From the NCBI GenBank assembly GCA_031835245.2, contig JAVKOQ020000067.1:62001-126000 (forward strand): a stretch of DNA of 64,000 nucleotides, read 5' to 3'. The notes below the pieces were generated by a model that was not told where the DNA came from, ran no database searches, and saw only the letters and a list, made by a program, of their open reading frames with translations. The translations under genes and the position numbers were made by a program. This DNA is from Balamuthia mandrillaris. Lineage: Eukaryota. Below, piece by piece: positions 47,201 through 58,397 of the stretch (position 1 is the first letter of the stretch; the number at the start of each line of letters is the position of its first letter).

Positions 47201-48606
47201 AGGTTTGTTTTTACACCTTTTTCCCACTATTTTCTGTTCTCTTTTTTTCTCTCTCTCTCTCTTTCTCACTCACACTCACGCACACAGAAAGCTTAATGAC
47301 GCTGTTGTCTCTTCGAGTTCGGGTGTTATGAACATATCTATCAACGATAAGCCGGTCCTTGTACATTCAAAACTTGCCTCTCAACTTAAACCGCATCAGG
47401 TCTCTTCTCTTTCACTTTATCTCTCTCTCTTTCGCGGGCGTTCTCTTGTCTTGCGAGTTTTCTTGTTAACATTAGAACTATAGAAAGAAGCAGTTCTATT
47501 TCTATGGGAAAACATTTGCTACCAAAACGGCATGGGTTGTATTTTAGCTCATGAGATGGGGCTTGGCAAGACTTTTGCCCTCATATCCTTTTTGCATACG
47601 TTATGCATCAGTAACGGCACAAAGGTTTCCCTATCTTTCCCTCCCTCAAAGTAGAATATTTTATTAACATTTCTACTTCTTTTAGACGGAGCGAATATTA
47701 ATATTAATACCAGCTTTTCTTGTGGATAAATGGTGTGAAGAGTTCCAAAAATGGCTCGGTGACCTAGATAACCAACCTATTAATGTTTATTCCATCAGAG
47801 GTAACACTTCTTTGCTATCATTTCAGGATAGATAAAGTAACCGCCATTATCCATTCATCTCTCTCCCTGGAATTGTAGACTGCGCACCAGCAGAGCGACC
47901 AGAGGTCATCAACAATTGGTACACAACCGGAGGAGTGTTACTACTTTCCTATCACATGTATGCAAAGCTCGTCAAAGACAAAAATATGAACTACAAGCCG
48001 TACCTTCAAGACCCAGGGCCAGATGTAGTTACTTTGGATGAGGGGCAGAAGATAAAAAATAATAAGGTTTATTTCTCATTTGAGTTGTTGTGGAGTGCAA
48101 TAACCCCTCATCATTTTTCCTTATTTTCCCAACAAAAGGGAGACTTCAATCAGGCTGTATCAATGATCAAGACTAATAAGCGTATAATCTTAACCGCTTC
48201 ACCTGTGCAAAATAATTTAACTGAATATTGGTCATTGGTACTCTCCCCTCCTCCCCGCCCCTCTCCTCTCCTCTTTCTTATCTGCTTATGAATGACAGAT
48301 CAACTTTGTCCGCCCTGGCTTCTGGACTTTGGCTGAATGGTCAGCTCTCTTCTCAAACCCTATCGAAGAAGGGTTGAAGGAAGATAAGGACTCGCCAAAG
48401 AAGAGAGAAGCCATTTACCGGGTGTTTATGCTCAACAAAATTAGCAAGTATCTCTCGGGCTTTCTTCATCGGTACCTCTCTCTTTTGTAGTTTCTCTTTC
48501 TCTTTCTCTTTCTCTTTCTCTTTCTCTTTCTCTTTCTCTTTCTCTTTCTCTTTCTCTTTCTCTTTCTCTTTCTCTTTCTCTTTCTCTTTCTCTTTCTCTT
48601 TCTCTT

Positions 48607-48665
<59 letters not shown>

Positions 48666-48957
48666 TTCTCTTTCTCTTTCTCTTCCTGACTGTTGTCAAA
48701 CATTGCAGCCGACGATTCGTAGCAAAGGCGCTTCCACCTAAAACCGAGTTTCTGATCTTCTGTGGATGCTCTTCCCTGCAAGGAGCCCTCTACGATTCTG
48801 TTTTAAAGGCAGATTTTAACGCAACGAACCCACATTTCACCACTAAAACTTTCGTGCGATTGATTCTTGCTCATCCTCTTCTCATCCACCATAAACGTAA
48901 AAACCGTCAACTGGAGTTGCAAAAAACGCGACGCCAGTTGCCACGCAAGCGACTACT

Positions 48958-49056
<99 letters not shown>

Positions 49057-51038
49057 GCAGCAGCAACAACCAAAACAACAAATAACTAGCGACTTACTAG
49101 CCCAATGGTGGCAGCAGCGCCTGGAGCAAAGGCAACCACCTCCGATTATTCGGGATCTATTGCCACAACCACAACGACCACCAGCCCCAACGCAACGACT
49201 ACCACCAACCCCAACACAATCACCGAGCATAACGACAGCTGCAGCAACATCACCACCGACTTGTCTACAACCAGTGCCACCCACACCCCAACCTGTTGTT
49301 ACATCCTACGAGTGGGCTGACAAGTGTTTGTCTTCTTTAAAAGGTGCTTCTGCATTCTCGTTGTTTTCCACCTTTATTTATTCTCTAACTGCTGAAACTA
49401 CAGAAGCAGAAATTAGCAAACCTGAACAAAGCGGAAAGATAACAATCCTACTATGTTTAGTGGAGCAATGTCTTCTTGCGACGCCTGATAAAATCATAGT
49501 CTTCTCTAGCTTTGTAAAACACCTGGAAATGATTCAGCGTTGTCTTCGCCAAAGACGCATCCGGAATCTGCTCTATCATGGAAATTTGCCCAACAAAGAT
49601 GAAGCTCGAGCCCACATTATCGAAGAGTGTAACAGCAGACATGATGGCGACGGGGTGCGTGTATTCTTGCTTTCTACCAAAGCATGTGGATTGGGCCTGG
49701 ATCTCTACGGAGCCAATCGAGTCATCATGTTTGAGCCTGAGGATAATCCAACGCACAATGACCAAGCAGCTGCCAGAGTACGTAACGTTGCTTCTTCCGA
49801 AAGCTACGGTGGCTAACTTATCTATTATTCCTCTTTTTGAAACACAATTAACACGTACAGGTGTATAGATGGGGACAGAAAAAGCAGGTTTTTATTTATC
49901 ATCTGGTCACCAAAGGCTCTATGGAGGAACGAATTGCCTATTGTGCTCACAGAAAGACCGACCTTTCTCAGTAACTCCCTCTCTCTTTCCCTTTCTTGTC
50001 TTTTCTTCTCGTTTATTTGGTTGTTGTCTTATGTTGCTGTTGTTGTTTTGTTCTAACCAGTCTTTTGATCGTAGGAGAGTTATTGACGAAGGCGGGCGTA
50101 TAGAGAAGCATTTAACACTGGTTGGAGAGGATTCTCGGCCGGTTGTTGTGGTAGACGCTTACAAGAATATGGACCTGCATGAAGTTATTGAAGAGCCACA
50201 GACAGCAGAGAAGAACGGAAGCCAAAACGAAACAGAAGTAGAACATGAGAAAGAGAGCAAGCGGAGGGATATCGAAACAGAAAATGCGACCAACAAGGAA
50301 CATGCTATGAGAGCTGAGCAGGGAGAGGAAAAAGAAAAGGATCAAACCAAAGCGGAGGATTCAGCTGCATCCGTAGAAGGTGATGACGTGCTCAAGGCAG
50401 TGCTATCCATTACAAACTTCATTCATAGTGTCAAAACAAAGGAAGCACAACAACAACAGCAAGTTCTTTCTTTGGGAGAACAGAAAGAAGCTGAAGAGCA
50501 CTTGGACCAGACCTATTTTGAACAGAAAAGAAGAGAACGAAGAAACGAGAAGATTTCGTGTTCCTCAACATCTTTTACACGCGCAACACACAACATCAAC
50601 AACGCCATCAATGGGCGTAACACGGGCGGAATCGCTGTGCAGGAAGTGCGTTACGCTGCAAAGCTAACGGAAACAGCAGTCATGAACCTCCTGGCTAGAG
50701 TGCAAACTCAACGGAGCAATAATTCCTCTTTGGTGGAAAGCAAAGTTGCTCCTCCACCGCCAACACAAGGAGCATGTAAGACGATTCAAGCTGCAGAGAG
50801 GACAACCGAAGAGGAGGCGAGCGTGGTTGACGTTGGCAAAGGGGTCACAAAAGAAGGTGAAGAGGAGAATGGAGAGTGGGGAGATGACTTGGAAATCGAT
50901 TTGGATGCTCTGGATGCATACCCCTTCAGCGTGCTGTGGGACTACTGCAATGATGAGGGCCTGCTTCAAGACTCGGATAGGGATGGGGTGAGCAAAGAAG
51001 CATTGATGCAGCGGATCATGGCCTACAACCTAAAATAA
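44240..51038 (+). CDS. SNF2-family helicase (ATRX/RAD54L2-like)
   Basis: LKPHQ, GCILAHEMGLGKT, DEGQKIKN, ILTASPVQNNLTEYWSL, KIIVFSSF, FLLSTKACGLGLDL, QAAAR/VYRWGQ. Acidic N-terminus and a polyQ insert. Start could be 44240 or 44279. Confidence 0.88.
48492..48683 (+). repeat. (TCTCTT)n hexamer microsatellite in an SNF2 intron
   Basis: About 190 bp of hexamer repeat between the GTACCT donor and the TGCAG acceptor. Confidence 0.95.
48958..49070 (+). repeat. (CAGCAA)n coding polyglutamine tract
   Basis: In-frame run of more than 35 Gln between the two SNF2 ATPase lobes. Confidence 0.95.
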
Positions 51039-51204
51039 ATAGAGAACCAACAGACCCCAACGCATGGGCGAAGAGAAGGAACGGAGAGTAAAAAAGAGAG
51101 CTCTCACGCATGAGCGAGAACAAAAAATTATTTACAAACATATACAGCAAACAGCCACGAAAGCTATCGAAGGGATTAAGCAAACGGTTCCTTCCCTTGC
51201 CTTG

Positions 51205-51784
51205 TTACACAAGTTCATCCGCATCAGCATTAGAAATTCCCAACTTTTCCCTCTCGTGCTGAAACTGTGCCATAACTTCGCTTTGTCCCTTGCTAAGCGT
51301 TTCTTTGGTCTTGGTGATGACCAGCTCTTGGATGTAATGCTTATCGGTGCCCAACATGCCGGACTGAGACAGCTTCACCATTACTTGCAGATAGCTCAAG
51401 CCAAGAGCCACTGTGAAAAAGCATGCCGTGGTTCCACTGATAACCTGTTGATTTGAATGAGTTGATTAGAATAAGGAGAATAAGAAGAAGAAAAAGAAAA
51501 AGAAACAAACCATTGATGCAATGTTAAAACCAGGCACAATCTTGAGCAACTCCACCAGACCAGCAACCACTGCTCTTCCGCCAAGCGCGGCACCTCCTCC
51601 TCCAAAGATGGCGCCAACCATTGTTGTTAGGAAGCCCCGATCCAAAGGAGCACCAAAGGTCTGACTAATAGCTGATAACATGCCGACGTGGACGGGGATC
51701 AGCAGCATTGCATCTGCAAAGGGAATGGGCACAGCCCCTATCGCTGCTGCTGTTGTGCTTGCCGTCACTGATGTCATTTAAAGG

Positions 51785-51816
<32 letters not shown>

Positions 51817-54585
51817 TGGGGGGTTAGTCAGAAAAAAAACACAACGCAAGCAAAGAAAAGGAAAGGAAAGAAGACAGAAGGACTATAAGGGAGGATACAC
51901 ACCAATCCAACCCAAGCTGATCCTCTGTTTACGAATGAGGTCTGCCTCTGCTGTTTCCTTCACGCAAGCCAGGTAGGTGGTCCTCTTGCTCTCTGAGTCA
52001 GCGAGAAGGTCCACCGTCTCCTCTATTAGCTCCGGCAGGCCAAAGGAGGGTACCACCGCCCCACCCGCTTGCTCCAGCAACATCGTCGGCCGAGCATGAA
52101 GCTTTATGATGCGCGAGGCCGTCAATGGTGGATCTCTATCTTCCAACCTTTTGTGTAAGAAATGTTTTGTGAGATACGATGTTTTTAAAAAGAAAGAGAA
52201 AAAAGAGGGAGACATAGCAAACGAGCAGTTACCATTCTTCAAATTGTTGAGTGTTGCAGAAGGAAGCTTTGGTGAGAACGAGGACAACGGGGACAAACTG
52301 AGAAAAGGTTCGGATCCACTCCTCCTCCACGCTGTCCAATCGGTTCGTGGCGGAGAGGATGCAATACCAAATGACGTTGATGGGTGGGAGTGGATTGTGC
52401 TCATCGAACCCGTCCATTATTCTTGCCACCAACCTTTCCCAAACATATCCTTTTGTGTGTGTGTTGTTTTTGTTTAGAGGAATGAAAAGAACGATTAAGT
52501 TAAAAAAGAAGCAAACAAAGATCATAGCCAAAGAGAGAAGCAAACCTTGCATCTTACTGCTACAATCTAGCCCAGGAGAGTCGATGAGAGTGAGAGTCTT
52601 ATCACCCACGTGCCTCGACGCCGTCTTTAGCTCATCGGTGACGCTGGTGCCGCCTGGCGCTTCGATGGACCATGAATCCGTACCCGGTATGTTGTTCAAC
52701 ACTGAAAATAAAAGGATAAGCAAAAGAAGAAAAGTATAATGTAAATTGAAAAAGGAAAACTAAAGAAAAGGTTACCTTCATTGAAAATGGTGCTTTTGCC
52801 AACACCCGTTTTGCCCACTAAAAGTACAGAAAGCCTCTGCAAAGCAAAATAATAGTAAAATGGAGTCAATATTGAGACAAAAACGTTTAAAATGAAAGAA
52901 CAAGAAATAAGGCAAAAAGAGAAAGAGAAGCATACATCTGTTCCTTCTGGCATTCTCTCGTTCAGAAGGTTAAGAGCCAGTCTGGTATGCGATCTTGCGC
53001 CTGAACTCTTCAGTCCCGGAAATACATCTTCGTTGTATCAGCAACAGAAGAAATGCATAGAAGAGGAAAGGGAGAGAAAGAGGCATGAGTGAATGTTACA
53101 CAAAAACGTGGTACAGCTATATACCTTGTGCTTCGAAGGGCAATGTGGCAACATAATTTCTCAGATCCTCAATGAACTTTTCATCTTTGCTTGAAAAAAC
53201 GAGTGCATCCAATTGGAAATATTTACAAAACTGTTGATGTAAAGGACAGGTGAGTTCAAAAATAAACAACAAAACTCGAAAAGTATGAGCAAAAGAAAGA
53301 ACGTGCATTGAGGAATTGGTTGAAATAACGTTGTTTTCTACGAGAATCAGAGGCGGGTATCGCTAGATAACGCCGACCGAATTCCAACTTGCGAAGGTCC
53401 ACCTTGTGCAGTACCGCTATCAACGAATCTGATATATCGCAAAGAATATGAGTGAGAAAGACGGAGAATGAAGGTAGAAGAAAAATGAAAGAAAGCCACC
53501 TCGTTCGATAAACTTCATAAAAGCGTCAACCACCCTCTTTTCAAACTGGGATCCAAAATAGATCTGTTCTAACAATAACTCCAATAAATGTACAAGTTTT
53601 GCTTCCTCAAATCTGTAGAGCCTGGCTTTGTTGGTTTCTACAAGGTTGATGAGATTGCGGAGGCAAGAGATCTCGGCCGGTGTGCCTTTACCCTTCTCCA
53701 CTTCGTACTCGCGCATGGCATCGTCCAACGCAGCCATCGCTTTGAGCAGAGCGGGAGTGGCAGGTTCTGAGCTAAGTTCTTTCATCTTTTCTTCCTCCTT
53801 TATCATTTAAAACCTCGTGTGAGAAGGAGCAGGCAGGGTAGACTGAGAGAGAAAAAGAGAGTGGGAGAGATACCAAAACAGGAGTAGGGGGAAGAATCAT
53901 GACAGGAGGCTCAACTTCATCAATGTAGTTAGAGGAAAGGTGTTGATAACACTTCAAGCAAGCACGTTGGGGTTCTGTGTAGCCATACTCAGGGGGAAAC
54001 GGGAAGTAATATTGGCTGCAGCTGTTATATTCAAACAATACGTGGTTAACTCTGAGACAGAGAAGCAAGGGCGTAGAGAGACGAGAGGAGGTGCACAAAG
54101 TAGAGAAGGACGCATTCAGAAGAGGAGGAGAACAGGAACAGGAACAAGAAGAGGAAGAAGAGGAAGAAGAAGGAGGAAGAAAGAAGGAGGAAGAAAGAAG
54201 GAGGAAGGAGGAAGGAAGAAGGAAGAAGGAAGAAGAACGAGAAGAGAGAGCTTACTCATGACAGAAAGCTTGCCCACAACCACGGCAATGATGGCGACGG
54301 GTAAATATGACTCCAAAGTCAGCGTGGCATTTGTAGCACCGGAGGGCATCATCGCCCTCTGCCCAAACCGCCCTTTTCACAGGAGCTGTCGAGAGGAACC
54401 GAGTAAGATAAAGAGTATGCTCGCAAGAGGGGGGAGAAAGATGGAAACAACAAAAAAAAAATAATAATCAAACCTTTGCTCACGGTGGTGGAAGCCGTGC
54501 TGGAAGGGGCAGCAGGAGAAGAAGATGGAGGGGAGCTAGTAGTGCTGCTGCTCGTCGAACCAGGAGCGGTTGTTGTTGCTTTCAT
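51205..54585 (-). CDS. FYVE zinc finger + P-loop GTPase + DUF697/YcjF-like membrane domain
   Basis: FYVE: WAEGD...CYKC...RRHHCRGCG...RACLKC. GTPase: G1 GKTGVGKS, G3 DSPG, G4-like LTKAS. C-terminal AAAIGAVPIPFADAMLLIPVHVGMLSAISQTFG. Confidence 0.8.
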
Positions 54586-55338
54586 GTTATTTATTTGAGG
54601 GTGGGGAAGGGCAACCCTTTGTGGTGTTGGCGGATAAAGTTTTGCAAACTGCTTTTGTTTCCCCCCTTTTTTGTTGTTGATTGTTTCTTGTTTGGTCCCC
54701 CTTGTCAACTCGTTTCAAGAGATAGGAATCTACCACTGTTTTTGTTGTTGGGGGTTTTTTTTTTCAAGTCGTTCAGAGCTCTCGAAAAATTAATAAAAAG
54801 AAAGGTTAGTTGCTTTTTTTTTTTTCGTACCTTCTTTGTTCTCTTTGCAAACAGGTTCTGTTTGGATTCGATTCCGCTTTCGATTTCGTTCGCTCTCCTC
54901 TTTTTTCAAAAAACAAACAAACAACAAAACAAACTGCCTTTGGTTGTTTTTTTTGTTGTTGGAGTGGATCAACTATTCTTTGCGCTACGTAAAAAAAAAA
55001 AAAAAACTGCTACTTTGTTTTGTTAACTTCAAAATCCGAACGGCCTGCCTGCTACTCTTTTTTTGTTGTCAGGTTGCAGCTGCTGCTACTTTTTTCGTTT
55101 GCAGGCGAAGAAGAAAGGCTGAAGAGGAGGGTTTTTAAAAAAAAATGGGGGTGCAAGGCAAGCGGAGTTTTGTCTTGCACCCCCCAAGTTTCGTAGGCGA
55201 AGTTGCTGGGGCTTGTTTGGGATCGAAGCGTTTCCGCCACATTTCTCTGAATTTTTATTGGCTATTCATGATCTGTCTTTGAGACAACCTAATAGGTTTT
55301 TCATTTGTGTCGACAGACCAAAGAAGAAAGAGTTCGAG

Positions 55339-56020
55339 ATGAGCAGAGCGCTGCAGCTTTACTTGCAACAGGTCGCGCAGGCCACGCGCCAGCAGGATGG
55401 GTCGGCTCTGGCCTCCCTGTTGAACACTGAAACCACCGCCACAGCGCTATTGAATGATGTTCGTCGAGAGGTAACGCTCTTGCTTTTTCCGCTTCGAAAA
55501 GTGATGATTGATTCAATTTTGTTGTTGTTGTTGTTGTTGTGGCCATAAACACAGCGAAATATTGAAAGCAGATGCGAAGTGCTCGGAGCAGGATACGACG
55601 AGTTGATAGCCAGCCATCTTCTTTCCTTGCCTTACCTCCTCGACCAGTACTACTTGGAGGCCTACTCGCACTGTGCCACATGCTTCAAGTCCGTCTCTTC
55701 TCTCTCCCTCCCTCTCTCTCCCTCCCTCTTCTCTCTTTTTATATCTCTCTATAAGCTCTACTCTCTCTCTATGCCACCCAAAGAAAACCAAATACTCACT
55801 TGTGGTTTTATTGGTAAAGCGCGTTCACGCGAGTGTTCAAAGACTCTGAAGGAAATTGGATGTTGCCCGTTCTTCGCTGCTTGTTGGTCAACTTGAGAGT
55901 TGTTGCTGCTGGCGTACGCCTTTTTTAACTCCCAATCCTTCTCTTCTTGTTTTTGTCGTTCTTTGCTTTCTTTATTTTTTCTTCTTTTTATTCGTTCTTC
56001 TCTTTGTTGTTGTCAATCTT

Positions 56021-56058
<38 letters not shown>

Positions 56059-56818
56059 TTCCTCCTCCCAAATGAGCTCATGTTGTGTCAATCATTATAC
56101 AGGCAGATGACATTCTAGCAAGCAGAGGTCAAAAGTTGGAGAAACAAGAAGACGCCGAACGAGTCATCAAACGCTGCTTCCCTATCACAATGACAGATCG
56201 AAGCGCGCTTAATCAATCCAAGAAGTGGGGTTCTCTCTGTATTATCAACAACCTTTTCAAAATTTATTTCGGAGTAAGCAACCTCTTCCTTTCTCGTTCT
56301 CTTTCTTATCTCCTCTTCTTGCCTCTTAACATTGTTCTCCTTCCCTTCTCTTTCCTTAGCTCAACAACTTGAGATTGTGCAAGAACTTGATTGCCTACGT
56401 GACCGGTCCTGGCTTTCCTCCTCTGGAAAAGTTTCCGAAGGCAGACAGCGTGACCTACAACTACTTTGTGGGTCGGCTCTCTATGTTTCATGGCGACTAC
56501 AAAAAAGCCAGGGAGGAACTCTCCTTTGCCTTCTATAAATGCACCCAACGCAGCCCAAAGAACAAACGTCTGATTCTCACCTATCTCATCCCTTGTCAAC
56601 TGCTGGCGGGTCGTCTGCCTAGTCAATACCTCCTCGAAAAGTATTCTCTGGATCACTTTAGCGAGTTGATTGCTGCCATTCGGAGAGGCAACTTGTTGGC
56701 GTTCAATGAAGCACTGGCCAAGCACCAGGAGCTTTTCATACAGAAGGGCATCTATCTTATCCTGGAAAAGCTCAAGTTTCTGACCTATCGCAATCTCTTC
56801 AAAAGAGTGTATGTCTTT

Positions 56819-56859
<41 letters not shown>

Positions 56860-57214
56860 CCTTTTTTCCCTCGTTTCCTCTCTCTCTCTCTCTCGCTCTC
56901 TGTTTTTCTCTTCTCTGTGTCTATGTTTTCTCCATGTTCTCTCTCTCTCTCTCTCTCTCTCTTTGTTCTGACTTACTCTCTTCTTTGTTCCTCTCAACAG
57001 CTTCATGATAAGAAACAACACAAAGTTGGCCCTGTCTGACTTCCAAACGGCTCTATCGTGGATGGGCGTCGACAAAGAGAAGGAAGAGATCGAGTGCATC
57101 CTCGCCAACCTCATCTACCAGGGCTACATCAAAGGATACCTCTCCCACAAGATGGGCGTTCTTGTGGTCAGCGCCAACAACGCTTTCCCTCCTCCGCATA
57201 CTTTCCTCTCTTAA
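55339..57214 (+). CDS. PCID2: PCI domain-containing protein 2 (Thp1/Csn12-like)
   Basis: SKKWG...NNLFKIYF, VTYNYFVGR, KNKRLILTYLIP, GIYLILEKLK...YRNLFK, EIECILANLIYQGYIKGYLSH, AFP. Confidence 0.93.
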
Positions 57215-57401
57215 AAATTGAATAAAATAGTTTCAAAAAATTGATATTGTTCAAAATTTATCGAATATTTTAACGGTTTGGGCACAAAGCATGAAAAATC
57301 GATGATTATTCAATATTTTAGATTTTGTTGAAAAATTTGAGTTAAAAAAGGAAATATATTGACAAAAATTTGACAGAGCCGATAAGAAAGAAACGACGAA
57401 A

Positions 57402-57704
57402 ATGATGAGCGACGGCGATCCGCGAGCAACCAACGAGGGCCTGCGCAAGGTCTCCAAGGGCATGTTCATCGCCGGTTTCTTCTTTCTCCCCTTTCTCTGG
57501 CTGGTCAACTACGTCTACCTTCGGAAGTACATTCGTCGGGCCAGCTGCCCTGCCGAAGTCCGTTTTTACGTGAGGACCTCCCTCTTGGGCTTCTTGCTGT
57601 TGACGTTGGTCCTCTTCACCTGGACCTTGGTCTTCCTCATCAAGAGAAACGACATGGGCGAGGCTGGGGATAAGTTATCGTTGTGGGTCCCTAAAGGCCC
57701 TTGA
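57402..57704 (+). CDS. PSENEN: Gamma-secretase subunit PEN-2
   Basis: 100-aa intronless ORF with GFFFLPFLWLVN, YV, a second hydrophobic helix and C-terminal GDKLSLWVPKG. Confidence 0.9.
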   Translation: MMSDGDPRATNEGLRKVSKGMFIAGFFFLPFLWLVNYVYLRKYIRRASCPAEVRFYVRTSLLGFLLLTLVLFTWTLVFLIKRNDMGEAGDKLSLWVPKGP

Positions 57705-57804
57705 AAGCGCAACGGAAAGAGACTTGTAACTACTTCATCAGAAAAGTTTTAAAGAGAGAGAGAGAAACAGATTGAAAAGAATTATTAAAAAAAAGAGAAC
57801 AGTT

Positions 57805-58360
57805 TTACAAGATCTGACTTCTGGCCGCTCCTCTCGGCTCCCTCTGCAAGCTCGTCTGAAAGAGCTCCTGCTCGGTGGGGAGGTTGGCCGTGGAGAAGAA
57901 GCTGCTAAACTCTGGCACATGGGTGAGGTTGTACCTCATGTTCTGGTGCTGCCCCACCAGGTCGATCACGCGGTAGACCAGGCTGCGCTTGTCCCAGTTG
58001 ATGAGCCCCTCTATCTCGTCCGGGTTGCCCTCCTCAATAAATACAAGATCGGACAGGTGAACACCTCTGCAATGAACCAAGTTAACGAAGAAGAACGAAG
58101 AAGAAGAACCGGAGGAGGAGAGAGAAAGTACATGTAAGGAATACAAGGAGGGGCAACGCGTCGAAGTTCCTTGCGGTAGTTCTTATAGGAGCCCTCATGC
58201 GCCATCAACGTCTCCAGCTTGATCAATGTCTGGAGGCTGGACTTTTGCAACGTAGCTTTTGTGTGTTGCAAACGGAGAATGCAGGAATTGTTCATTCCGC
58301 TGATGAAAGACATCAACAAGTTGAAGTTGTTGAGTTGATAGAGATACTGTTTTTGAGAGC

Positions 58361-58397
<37 letters not shown>

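Noticed and set aside
51890..51900. U12-type donor (GTATCCT) in the FYVE-GTPase gene
   Set aside because: The reading frame is kept only with the GT two bases upstream (phase 1), and I saw no U12 branch site.
57402..57704. PEN-2 as a novelty or retrocopy
   Set aside because: Gamma-secretase subunits are known in amoebozoans and plants, and a 300-bp gene without introns, polyA tail or TSD is unremarkable.
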